Positions 8,120 through 17,616 of a DNA stretch of 32,495 nucleotides are shown here, piece after piece. The stretch is from an uncultured Clostridia bacterium. Its GTDB lineage: Bacteria > UBA6262 > WVXT01. Each line of letters opens with the position of its first letter. Position 1 is the stretch's first letter. Position numbers and translations under genes: made by a program. Under the pieces are notes generated by a model. It did no database searches. It was not told the DNA's origin and saw nothing but the letters and a program-made list of their open reading frames with translations. The stretch spans positions 1-32,495 of the forward strand of contig CAZTSA010000002.1 of NCBI GenBank assembly GCA_964616885.1. The letters are read 5' to 3'.

Positions 8120-9174
8120 TGCAACTGCAAAACATGCTTAAACAGAAGATCGGGTGGCTGGAAAGTAGAGGAAACTCTCCTGAAATTGCAATTTCTTCAC
8201 GAATCAGGGTGGCTCGAAATTTGAATAGAATCCCCTTTCCTCAGAAGGCTTCCAGGCAAGAGCAGAAAGAATCTTTTGAGAAAATCAGGGCTGTCTGTGA
8301 GGAAATTGCATATTTTAAGGGAGCTCCCATCCTCGATTTGCAAGAGTTCGACGGGGTAGATAGGCAGTTTTTGTTAGAAAGGCATTTGATTAGTTATGAG
8401 CATTCCCGAGGGAACGGGGTCAGGGGTTTAGTTATCGGAGATAAGGAGCTTCTTAGCCTTATGATAAATGAAGAAGACCATGTGCGCCTTCAGGGAATGC
8501 AGCCGGGGTTGCAACTTGAGCAAGCCTGGGATATTTTGAAGCGAATTGATGAAGAGATGAACAAGAGGCTCGACTATGCGTTCTCCTCCGAGGTGGGCTA
8601 TCTTACCGCCTGCCCCACAAATACGGGAACGGGGATGAGGGCTTCCGTTTTGATGCACCTGCCTGCTTTGGTGATGAATGAAGAAATAAACAAAGTCTTG
8701 CAGGCTTTAAACAAGATTGGAATGGTCGCTCGAGGACTTTATGGAGAAGGAACTAAAGTCATGGGAGATCTGTTCCAGATTTCCAACCAGGTGACCTTGG
8801 GTCCCAATGAAGAGGGAATAATTGATAATCTTGAGAGAGTTGTGAAACAGGTTATCGATTATGAAATCAAAGGAAGAAACGCCCTTTCTAAAGAGAATAA
8901 AGGAAAAGTTATGGATACGATATATCGCGCTTACGGAGTGTTGATTAACGCCAGGCAGATAAGTTTTGCTGAGACGATGGAGCTTCTATCAAAGGTTAGG
9001 TTGGGCGTGTATTTTGACCTTGAACTGGATACTGAATTGGATACATTGAATGAACTCATGATTTTGACTCAGCCAGCCCATGTTCAGGAGTCGGTTGGCA
9101 AAGAATTATCGCCGTCGAGACGGGATTTCATCCGGGCGGAGATGATTAGAGAAAAATTAAAAACCGGGAAATAG
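8119..9174 (+). CDS. mcsB: Protein arginine kinase (ATP:guanido phosphotransferase family)
   Basis: 351 aa with the phosphagen-kinase motifs NEEDHVRLQ and CPTNTGTGMRASV. TAATG overlap with mcsA. Confidence 0.9.
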   Translation: MQLQNMLKQKIGWLESRGNSPEIAISSRIRVARNLNRIPFPQKASRQEQKESFEKIRAVCEEIAYFKGAPILDLQEFDGVDRQFLLERHLISYEHSRGNGVRGLVIGDKELLSLMINEEDHVRLQGMQPGLQLEQAWDILKRIDEEMNKRLDYAFSSEVGYLTACPTNTGTGMRASVLMHLPALVMNEEINKVLQALNKIGMVARGLYGEGTKVMGDLFQISNQVTLGPNEEGIIDNLERVVKQVIDYEIKGRNALSKENKGKVMDTIYRAYGVLINARQISFAETMELLSKVRLGVYFDLELDTELDTLNELMILTQPAHVQESVGKELSPSRRDFIRAEMIREKLKTGK

Positions 9175-9191
9175 ACAAACAGCTGATTCAC

Positions 9192-9377
9192 AAAAGATAG
9201 CTTTTCGTCGCTGGAGGAATTTCTTAACGCCAAAAAAGTTCGGACTTAGCCCGGCGCAAATCGAAACTCCTCGCCCCGATTTCTCGGGGCTCGTCAGACA
9301 GCGATTTGCTTTTGGGGCGAAATAGAAATCCTTATTTTTTGGCTAAAATTCCTTAAAGCTCCTCAAAACTATCTTTT
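9192..9377 (+). repeat. Copy A of an about 180-bp interrupted-palindrome intergenic element (MITE/Correia-like)
   Basis: The ends are AAAAGATAG and CTATCTTTT. Internal arm pairs are GGAATTT/AAATTCC, GCCAAAAAA/TTTTTTGGC and GCAAATCG/CGATTTGC, with an apical hairpin GCCCCGA-TTTC-TCGGGGC (9273-9290). It is collinear with the copy at 30877-31055. Confidence 0.85.
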
Positions 9378-9402
9378 GCTCATGTGAAGGAGGTAAGTTA
9401 AA

Positions 9403-11838
9403 ATGTTAAATAGATTTACTCAAAGGGCGCAGAAGGCTATTCTTCTGGCTCAGCAGGAGGCAAAGAGACTGAACCACGATTATCTTGGCACTGAACATAT
9501 CCTTTTGGGATTGGTAGCCTTGGGAGAAGGCGTGGCTGCACAGGTGTTGCAGGATTTGGGCATAGATTTGAAAAAGGTGAGAAGAGAAGTGGAAAAGATG
9601 GTAGGAACTGGCGACAACATTCTGCTGGTGGGGGAAGTACCCTTTACTCCCAGGGCAAAGAAGGTTCTGGAATTGGCTGTGCAGGAAGCACAGGATATGG
9701 GCCACAATTATGTTGGGACAGAACATCTGCTGTTAGGACTGATCCGGGAGGAAGAAGGTGTGGCGGCTAAGGTTCTAGAAAGTCTGGGGGCTGGTTTAGA
9801 ATTGGTAAGAGGACAGGTTGTAAATCTCCTGGGTGAAAGTGCGACTCATGATATACCCGGTAAAGAGAAGAGGAGAACCAGAACCCCTACGCTGGACGCT
9901 TTCGGGCGGGACTTGACGAGATTGGCCAGTGAAGGAAAACTCGATCCAGTAATCGGCAGGGAGACGGAGATCCAGAGGTTAATTCAGATACTTTGCAGAC
10001 GCACCAAAAATAATCCGGTAATGATTGGCGACCCCGGCGTGGGAAAAACCGCTATCGTTGAGGGACTGGCACAGAAAATCTCTGACAAAAACGTGCCGGA
10101 AATTCTGTTGAATAAGAGAGTTTTGATTCTCGATTTAGCCGGAGTTGTAGCTGGTACCAAATACCGAGGTGAATTCGAACAGAGATTGAAGCAAATAATA
10201 GATGAAATTCGTAAATCTGAAGGCAGCGTGATTCTGTTCATCGATGAACTTCACACTGTGGTCGGGGCTGGGGCTGCTGAAGGGGCGATAGATGCTTCCA
10301 ACATGTTGAAACCAGCGCTGGCAAGGGGAGAATTGCAATGTATTGGTGCTACTACTCTCGATGAGTATCGTAAGCATATCGAGCACGATGCTGCTCTGGC
10401 AAGGAGGTTTCAGCCGGTGACAATCGACCCTCCGACAGTAGAGGAGACCGTTGATATTTTGAAGGGATTAAGGGATAGATACGAAGCTCATCATAGAGTT
10501 GAAATCACTGACGAGGCGCTCCGTGCTGCGGCTACGCTATCTCAGAGGTTCATTTCCAATCGCTTTCTACCGGACAAGGCAATCGATTTGATCGACGAGG
10601 CTGGCTCACGAGCAAGGCTTCAGACAACCACAAAACCTCCTGACCTAAAAGAAATCGAGAGAAAATTAGAAAATGTGAGTAAGGAGAAGAAGGCGGCGAT
10701 TGCCGCCCAGGAGTTTGAAAAAGCTGCCAGGTTGCGCGACGAAGAGAAAAAGATTGAACAAGAACTGCAACAGACAAAGAAGTCCTGGGAGCAAAAAAAG
10801 GATAAGACAGAAGGGACTGTTACGGAAGAGGATATTGCTCATATTGTCTCTGAATGGACCGGGATTCCGGTAGTTAAGTTGACTGAAAAGGAAACGGAGA
10901 AACTGCTACATATGGAAGAAGCTTTACACAAAAGAGTTATTGCTCAGGACGAGGCAATAAGGATTATTTCTCAAGCAGTGCGTCGTTCACGTACGGGGCT
11001 AAAAGATATTTCTCGCCCTATAGGTGCTTTTATCTTCCTCGGGCCTACAGGAGTAGGAAAGACTGAACTGGCAAGAGCTTTGGCTGAGTTTATGTTTGGT
11101 GATGAAGAGTCTATGGTGAGATTGGATATGTCCGAGTATATGGAGAAGTTCAACGTTTCCAGGCTCGTCGGGGCTCCTCCGGGATATGTGGGTTACGAGG
11201 AAGGCGGCCAGCTTACGGAGGCGGTTCGCAGAAAGCCCTATTCGGTAGTACTTCTGGATGAGATTGAGAAGGCTCATCCAGATGTGTTCAACGTATTACT
11301 TCAAATTTTCGACTTCGGGCAGCTAACTGACAGCTTGGGTCATAAAGTAGATTTTAAGAACACCATAGTTATCATGACCTCGAATATTGGAGCGAGAGAA
11401 ATAACCGGAGGCAAGACCTTGGGATTTGTGAGTAGCCAGGAGGTGGAACAGACTTACAAGGATATGAAGAAGAAAGTTCTGGATGAGATGAAAAAGGTTT
11501 TTCGCCCAGAATTTCTGAATCGAATTGACGAAAGCATAGTTTTTCATCCTCTGAGTAAAGAAGATGTGAGAAATATTGTTGACTTAATGCTGCGGAAAGT
11601 AACGCAGAGACTGGCTGAACAAGCAGTCTCTCTTGAGGTTACTGACGGAGCCAAGGACTTTCTTGTGGAAAAGGGCTTCGACCCCCAGTTTGGGGCGCGT
11701 CCTCTCCGTAGAGCAATTCAGAAATACCTTGAGGACCCCCTGGCTCAAGAAATCCTGGCTAAAAAAATAAAACCAGAGACAAAAGTTGTTGCCGATTCTG
11801 TTGAAGGCAAAATAGTATTTAAGCTTCCGGGGTCTTGA
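9403..11838 (+). CDS. clpC: ATP-dependent Clp protease ATP-binding subunit ClpC (class III stress AAA+ unfoldase)
   Basis: 811 aa. It has a duplicated Clp_N domain ([11 protein letters not shown] / [11 protein letters not shown]) and two AAA+ modules ([16 protein letters not shown]). A short M-domain carries a UVR motif ([20 protein letters not shown]). An LGF ClpP-docking loop (GKTLGF) is present. Confidence 0.9.
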   Translation: MLNRFTQRAQKAILLAQQEAKRLNHDYLGTEHILLGLVALGEGVAAQVLQDLGIDLKKVRREVEKMVGTGDNILLVGEVPFTPRAKKVLELAVQEAQDMGHNYVGTEHLLLGLIREEEGVAAKVLESLGAGLELVRGQVVNLLGESATHDIPGKEKRRTRTPTLDAFGRDLTRLASEGKLDPVIGRETEIQRLIQILCRRTKNNPVMIGDPGVGKTAIVEGLAQKISDKNVPEILLNKRVLILDLAGVVAGTKYRGEFEQRLKQIIDEIRKSEGSVILFIDELHTVVGAGAAEGAIDASNMLKPALARGELQCIGATTLDEYRKHIEHDAALARRFQPVTIDPPTVEETVDILKGLRDRYEAHHRVEITDEALRAAATLSQRFISNRFLPDKAIDLIDEAGSRARLQTTTKPPDLKEIERKLENVSKEKKAAIAAQEFEKAARLRDEEKKIEQELQQTKKSWEQKKDKTEGTVTEEDIAHIVSEWTGIPVVKLTEKETEKLLHMEEALHKRVIAQDEAIRIISQAVRRSRTGLKDISRPIGAFIFLGPTGVGKTELARALAEFMFGDEESMVRLDMSEYMEKFNVSRLVGAPPGYVGYEEGGQLTEAVRRKPYSVVLLDEIEKAHPDVFNVLLQIFDFGQLTDSLGHKVDFKNTIVIMTSNIGAREITGGKTLGFVSSQEVEQTYKDMKKKVLDEMKKVFRPEFLNRIDESIVFHPLSKEDVRNIVDLMLRKVTQRLAEQAVSLEVTDGAKDFLVEKGFDPQFGARPLRRAIQKYLEDPLAQEILAKKIKPETKVVADSVEGKIVFKLPGS

Positions 11839-11857
11839 TTTTTTTGGAGCGTTAGTT

Positions 11858-11918
11858 GTCCCGATTGAAAATCGGGGCCTGCAGAATTCAGAATCTGTGC
11901 CGTTATAGGCACAGATTC
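11858..11918 (+). terminator. Two consecutive stem-loops downstream of clpC (candidate terminator or RNA-stability structure, no clear U-tract)
   Basis: GTCCCGATT-GAA-AATCGGGGC (11858-11878) and GAATCTGTGCC-GTTATA-GGCACAGATTC (11891-11918, a perfect 11-bp stem), followed by AATTTG. Confidence 0.3.
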
Positions 11919-12022
11919 AATTTGTGGACACTTTGGACTTCATCGCGGCTTTCCTCTCATTAAAATCCTCCCTTTAGGAAGAATTTCCATCCTCCTTTTC
12001 CAGAAGCATTCCATTTTTTTTC

Positions 12023-12051
12023 TTGCAATTTGAGGTCGAAAGGTATATAAT
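12023..12051 (+). promoter_or_regulatory. Sigma70-type promoter for the tamB-bamA-skp-lpxD block
   Basis: TTGCAA (12023-12028), a 17-nt spacer, then TATAAT (12046-12051), 20 nt upstream of the GTG at 12072. Confidence 0.55.
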
Positions 12052-12071
12052 AACTTGGATTTGGAGGTTGA

Positions 12072-15000
12072 GTGAAAAAGGTAATTTTGAAAAGAGCTAT
12101 TATTTTTATTGGTATTTTCGTTTTAGCTCTGGGATTGGTATATTTAGCCAGCACAACGAGAACTTTGTCCGGAATAATGAAGACTTATGTTGAAGCTGAG
12201 CTAAAAAAGACCCTGGATAGAGAAGTCGCTATTGGCAAAATTAGTACCAACATTGTCAATCGAATTACCTTACAAAATGTTGCTATAGCTAGTGACAGGG
12301 AATTGTCAGAGGGGGTGGTTTTGGTCTGTGAGAAAGTCACCATTAATTACAATCCCCTTCTCATTGTGCTGGCAAAACAAAACCTTGGAAAGTGCATAGT
12401 AAAAGTCATCCTCAAATCCCCCCATTTCTTTTTGACTAATCGCACGGATAAGGCGAATTTTTTCCTTCCAGCCTCCTTCCCCAAAAGCCCGATTCTGTCT
12501 AACCTTCCCGATATTGTAATTGCGGACGGAAACATCATAATTGAAGATGTGAGAGAAGAGATTAAAAAGTTCGAGATAAGAGATGTGTCTGGGATTCTCA
12601 GTAATAGAGAGAGAAGCCATCGGTTACCTTGGCGGGAAAGGGCACAGCGTGTTGAAAAATTGTCTTCACAAATATATTTTAATTTTTCTGGGAAAAGTAA
12701 CCAAAGCAGGAATGATAAGATAAAATTGAAGGGCACATATAATGAGGAGACAAGAGAGCTAAGCCTTAACCTAAATATTTTCGGTTTAGACTTGGCAAAT
12801 TATAGTAGTCTATTTCTCTCCAGCCCGGATTTTAGAGTATTGGCTGGCGAAGGTAATTTTTCTCTGGATGTGAAGACCGCTCTCAATGAGGAAAATTGTT
12901 CCAGGATTGCTGAGATGGCAACATTTATGCCTCGAGACCGAGAGCGGGTCAGAGATTTTCTCCAGATTCTCTCCTTCTCTGGCGAATTGGCTGTGGCACG
13001 GGTGTCATGTCGATGGTCGTCTCATACATTAACAGACATCCGGGGAAGCATCGTTTTTGATAATTACAGAGCGGGCAGCCAAGGAATAGCTCTCCGGTAT
13101 CGAGGATGGGAATTGACGATTAGTGGTGGCATTCAGAGCTACCTTTTCCAACCTGCTCTCGGGATTACTCTTTCGGCTAATCTGGGGCTTCCTACACTTT
13201 CAGAAATTCTGAAGGCGAATAAGCTTAGCAGCCTTCTTCCGTTAGAAGGTTCAGTGAAACTATCAGTGGATATATCTGGGAGCTTGTCCAATCCCAAATT
13301 AAAGGGCTGGTTCCTCTCCTCTGAGGCTAAAATTGCAGGCCGAGCGGTCGAGGGATTTCAAGGTCAGTTCCTCTACCAGGATAGGATAGTGAGAATAACG
13401 AACCTGCAGGGCAAAATTTATGAGGGAGGCCTCGTTCTTTCTGGGAAGATAGATATTGGTCAGCCTTATCTGGACGTGGATTTTGCTTTGCGTGAAGTCG
13501 ATCTGCGAAATCTCTTTCCACCAGATTGGACAGATAAAGCAAAGGGCAAAGGGTCTATTTCTGGTAATATTTTCGGTAAACCTGCCGAATTGCAGGCTAA
13601 GGGAAGAATAGACTTAAACGAGGTGGAATTCCTAAGAGCCACCTTAGGGTCTGTCTCGGGATTTTTGAATTATGCAAAGGGAAAACTTGAAATAAACGCT
13701 AATACTATTGGAAATAACTATAATGTAAGTACTTCCCTCTCGTTGAGTAGAGAAGCCATAGGTATTTCTATATTAGAAATTACGGCTTCAGAGCGGTTAA
13801 GAATCGCTTTGCAGGGACAGATTGGACTTCTTGGTGCCAGGAAATTGGAGCTAACAGTTCTGGATTCCTATGTAGAAGCTGGATATCTGCCTTGGCCTCG
13901 CCAACGGAGCGACGGACCTAAAGGGAAAGTAAATTTCCTTGGCAGAATTGGAGGAACGATTAACTCTCCCGAGATTTCGGGAAAAGTGTGGAGCAGCAAC
14001 TTACAAGTAATGAAGGAAATAATGGAATTTAATTCTGAGGTCCAATACAAGGAGAGAGTTTTAGGAGTTAACTCCTTTAAACTCAATGATGTCTACTCTA
14101 TGAACTTAACTATAAGGTTTGACGGGCGAATACCCGTTGCCAGTGGTGCCATAAGAACCACAGGTGGCGACTTGAAGTTTATCTCCGCCCTGTTTTCTGG
14201 TGAGGGGAGCAACCCAACAAGCGTAGGAGGGAGTCTTCGGGGTGAAATTGATTTTTCAAACCTTTATCTGGGTAACCTTTGGTGGGAGAATGTTAGAGCT
14301 AAAGGAGCAGTTTCCATTGTCCAAGCCACAGCTGGAGAGCTGTCTTTAGACGAGTTAGCTTTGGGGTTTAACATAGATGATGAGGGACTGAGCGTGGATA
14401 AATTTCATTTTTCAAGTGGCACGGGAGAAGTAAGAGGTTCTGCCCAAATGGGGATGAGAAGGGATAGCCAGAATAAGATAAATATAGATACCGAATGGCG
14501 AAATTATCCGTTAGATTTTTCTTCTGGAAAATTGGTTAAAGCAGGTGCAGATTCTGAAAGTAAATTAGCAATATCCTGGAGAAAACCGAGGGAAAATAGA
14601 GTTACTGGCAGCCTAAATTTTCGAGGTAAATTACTGTGGATGAAGGACTGGAAAATTGCTGGTTCCTTTTCGGGTAAGGATTTCGAATATAACGGAGAGC
14701 CGTTGGGAACAATCAGTGCCAACCTTTCCCTGAATAGAGAACTTGCCCATTTTTCCTCTTTCCGTTGTGGGAGTGATTTGCAGGGCGACCTAAAGATTGA
14801 ATTAGTTAAACAGAAGACCGTGACAGGCGGTATAGAAGTGGATAGCACGAGAGTTTCCCATTTTCTGCGCTTGGTGTTGGAAACGGGGAGAGAGAAATCT
14901 TCTCTTAATTACCTTAATGAAGTAAAGGGAAAGCTGCATAGTAAGATTATTTTTAGTGGCCTTCTGGAAAATCCCCAGGTCAACGGTTACATAGATATCG

Positions 15001-17567
15001 AACAAGGAATTTTTTCGACTACAAATTTTATTTTTAAGTCAATGTTTAATTATGATGGAAAAGAACTAAATTTGGGATCAGCAGAATTGAAATTTACCCC
15101 AGGGGGCACAGTCATTGCCAGAGGCAAGATAGATTTCCATAAACTTGAGGCCCTGGAAATTACTGCCGCGGTAAACGATATGGATCTGAGTAGTGTGCAA
15201 GGCTTATTTCCTGACAGTAACTTGAAGAGTTTCGGAAAGATTAACGGAAATTTTCAGCTCCGAGGTGATTTCAAGAGGCCTCGCTTGAAAGTAGCTTTGC
15301 AGACAAAGGGTATTGGAGTTAATAATCTCCGGGCAGACGCTCTGGAAACAGAGTTCAGGATTGAGAAAGTTCTTGAGGACGAAGGTGAAAGGATGCAGTT
15401 AGTCTTCGATTCTTTTTCTGCAAGTTTCGGACAGAGTCTCCTCCGGCTTGCTCCAGAAAGCAGAGTTACGTTCCCTCGGTCCAAGAAGATAGTCAACTTT
15501 TCGCTGGTTAGCCAGTTTCGTAATATAAATTTTGCAAGAATGTCTATCTTTGGCGATGCTGAGTTGAAGGGAGTCGCCAATTTCTCAGAGGATTTCCCTG
15601 TCCTCGAGGTTATGCTTACCACGAGAGACATGTGGGTGAATCGCCACAATTTCCGAAGGGTGATGTTGAAGCTCTCTTACCAGGATAGGAAGCTATTTTT
15701 CCTGCCGGTTGCGCATGAAACTTTTCAACTTTTAGGAGAGATAGATTTCCCTCGCCTGCATAACTTCGACATAAGACTACTCGAATTTTTCCAGGGAAAG
15801 GATAGACTGGTAACTATTGTGGGGAATGTTGACCTTTCGGGACCAATCGATGTAACGGTACACGGTAAAGAGGGGCGAATCGCCGCAAGTCTTTTAGGAC
15901 AGCTTCTTGATTTAAGAGTTCCAATTAAAGGACAGAGTGGATTCAATCTCAAAATTAGCCGGGCTTCTATAAGAAGAGAAGAAGGAAAGAAATACGATTC
16001 TATATCGGTGCGGGGGGCAATAAATATCATCAATGGCTCTATAGGAAAACTTCTATTTGATGATTTCAAGGCTCTTTTTAACGCCGATAGCAGCATCATA
16101 AATCTGAATGAATTGACGGTGAATAAGAATGGAGTATTTAATGTCAAATGCTGGGGAATTATTCCTTATCCAAAAGAAGATAAAGATGGGAGAAAAATAG
16201 ACTTATCTTTAGAAATGTTTGATAGCAAGGCGGACGTGTTGCGCGTTCTCTCCAGGGAAATAAGTGATGCAAAAGGAGAAGTAAAGGCTTCCCTTCATAT
16301 TACCGGAGAATTACAGCAGCCCCTTGTTAATGGATATTTTCGTATCGACAAGGCTACTGTATACGGCCGACAGGTATTTAAGAGGATAGATGATTTGACC
16401 TGCGATATCGTTGTCAAAGATAGTAACATACTTATCAATTGGATTAATGGCAAGATGGAGAAAGGAGAAATGAGCTTTAAAGGAAATGTAACCCTGGCCG
16501 GGTGGATGCCGGATAAGTTCAATGTGGTTTTTGAGAATATGGGATCCCATGGCATTCCTCTTAAAATACCTTTTCTGAAGATACCTCAGAGTTCATTTTT
16601 TGGCCGTCTCCTTTCTGAGGTGCCTTGTTCGCTCGAATTAAAAGGGAAGATACATACATATGGAACCTGCAAGTCATATCACCTGGACGGAGCAATAGAG
16701 TTGGAAAATGCCCACTTCACTTACCCTCCCAGAGCCGAAGACACGAAGGATCTAAATTTGGATTTTCTGAAACCCGCGGTTTGGAATTTGGAGATTAAAG
16801 CTGGCAAGAACACCTGGTATGAGAATACGTTCGCCGAAGTCCAGCTACGAGGCCAGATGAGACTCGATGGCCCGAGCAAAGATTTGACAGTGAATGGAGC
16901 GCTTACAGCTATTAAGGGAGAGCTAAGTTATCTGGGAGCTACCTTCAGCGTAAAAGAAACAACTGTGGAGTGTATAAATGATGAGCTTTTTTTAGAAACT
17001 ACGGCGGAATGCCCGGTGGAAGACGATACCATTATCCTGGTTGTAGAAAGAGGGAAATGGGGAAAGATTAAGCCGAAATTTAGCTCGAGAAGTGACCCTG
17101 AAATGACCCAGGAGGAAGCACTCAATAAGGCTACCGGTTTAGATTCCTTGAGGTTCTCGGCACAGGAAGGGGACGCCTTATTAAGGAGGGAACTATTGAA
17201 GTTAATAGATAGTAGCTTGGCCAGCCCATTGATTAGATCAATTTTGAGATCGACTGGCTTGGTAGATGTGGTTAGGGTGGACACCGCACTTGCTCAGAAC
17301 ACAGGGGAAAAATTGAACTCTCGACAACCCGGAGAAGGAGAAGAGAGAAGTAGCCTTTTGGAGGGCACAAGAATTACTTTAGGCAAGTATTTAAGCAGTA
17401 ACCTATACCTAGGTTATAAGTTACAATTCCAGGAAGGATTGTTAAACAGGCTCGAATTGCGACATGAAGTGGAACTGCTATATAGGCTTAAAAGAGGTGT
17501 TTCTTTAAAGGGCAAATTGGGAGAAGAGGAGAGATATTTTGGAGTAGAAAGACAAATAAGGTTTTAA
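12072..17567 (+). CDS. tamB: TamB-like translocation and assembly module protein (AsmA-like family, DUF490 C-terminus)
   Basis: 1831 aa with a single N-terminal TM anchor (IIFIGIFVLALGLVYLAS) and a long beta-rich body. The C-terminus (LGKYLSSNLYLGYKLQF...VELLYRLKRGVSLKGKLG...ERQIRF) is typical of TamB. It sits immediately upstream of bamA. Confidence 0.8.
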   Translation: MKKVILKRAIIFIGIFVLALGLVYLASTTRTLSGIMKTYVEAELKKTLDREVAIGKISTNIVNRITLQNVAIASDRELSEGVVLVCEKVTINYNPLLIVLAKQNLGKCIVKVILKSPHFFLTNRTDKANFFLPASFPKSPILSNLPDIVIADGNIIIEDVREEIKKFEIRDVSGILSNRERSHRLPWRERAQRVEKLSSQIYFNFSGKSNQSRNDKIKLKGTYNEETRELSLNLNIFGLDLANYSSLFLSSPDFRVLAGEGNFSLDVKTALNEENCSRIAEMATFMPRDRERVRDFLQILSFSGELAVARVSCRWSSHTLTDIRGSIVFDNYRAGSQGIALRYRGWELTISGGIQSYLFQPALGITLSANLGLPTLSEILKANKLSSLLPLEGSVKLSVDISGSLSNPKLKGWFLSSEAKIAGRAVEGFQGQFLYQDRIVRITNLQGKIYEGGLVLSGKIDIGQPYLDVDFALREVDLRNLFPPDWTDKAKGKGSISGNIFGKPAELQAKGRIDLNEVEFLRATLGSVSGFLNYAKGKLEINANTIGNNYNVSTSLSLSREAIGISILEITASERLRIALQGQIGLLGARKLELTVLDSYVEAGYLPWPRQRSDGPKGKVNFLGRIGGTINSPEISGKVWSSNLQVMKEIMEFNSEVQYKERVLGVNSFKLNDVYSMNLTIRFDGRIPVASGAIRTTGGDLKFISALFSGEGSNPTSVGGSLRGEIDFSNLYLGNLWWENVRAKGAVSIVQATAGELSLDELALGFNIDDEGLSVDKFHFSSGTGEVRGSAQMGMRRDSQNKINIDTEWRNYPLDFSSGKLVKAGADSESKLAISWRKPRENRVTGSLNFRGKLLWMKDWKIAGSFSGKDFEYNGEPLGTISANLSLNRELAHFSSFRCGSDLQGDLKIELVKQKTVTGGIEVDSTRVSHFLRLVLETGREKSSLNYLNEVKGKLHSKIIFSGLLENPQVNGYIDIEQGIFSTTNFIFKSMFNYDGKELNLGSAELKFTPGGTVIARGKIDFHKLEALEITAAVNDMDLSSVQGLFPDSNLKSFGKINGNFQLRGDFKRPRLKVALQTKGIGVNNLRADALETEFRIEKVLEDEGERMQLVFDSFSASFGQSLLRLAPESRVTFPRSKKIVNFSLVSQFRNINFARMSIFGDAELKGVANFSEDFPVLEVMLTTRDMWVNRHNFRRVMLKLSYQDRKLFFLPVAHETFQLLGEIDFPRLHNFDIRLLEFFQGKDRLVTIVGNVDLSGPIDVTVHGKEGRIAASLLGQLLDLRVPIKGQSGFNLKISRASIRREEGKKYDSISVRGAINIINGSIGKLLFDDFKALFNADSSIINLNELTVNKNGVFNVKCWGIIPYPKEDKDGRKIDLSLEMFDSKADVLRVLSREISDAKGEVKASLHITGELQQPLVNGYFRIDKATVYGRQVFKRIDDLTCDIVVKDSNILINWINGKMEKGEMSFKGNVTLAGWMPDKFNVVFENMGSHGIPLKIPFLKIPQSSFFGRLLSEVPCSLELKGKIHTYGTCKSYHLDGAIELENAHFTYPPRAEDTKDLNLDFLKPAVWNLEIKAGKNTWYENTFAEVQLRGQMRLDGPSKDLTVNGALTAIKGELSYLGATFSVKETTVECINDELFLETTAECPVEDDTIILVVERGKWGKIKPKFSSRSDPEMTQEEALNKATGLDSLRFSAQEGDALLRRELLKLIDSSLASPLIRSILRSTGLVDVVRVDTALAQNTGEKLNSRQPGEGEERSSLLEGTRITLGKYLSSNLYLGYKLQFQEGLLNRLELRHEVELLYRLKRGVSLKGKLGEEERYFGVERQIRF

Positions 17568-17616
17568 ATATTTACATTTCAGGGGAAATTTGATACTATG
17601 TTGAAAAAGTGGTGGA

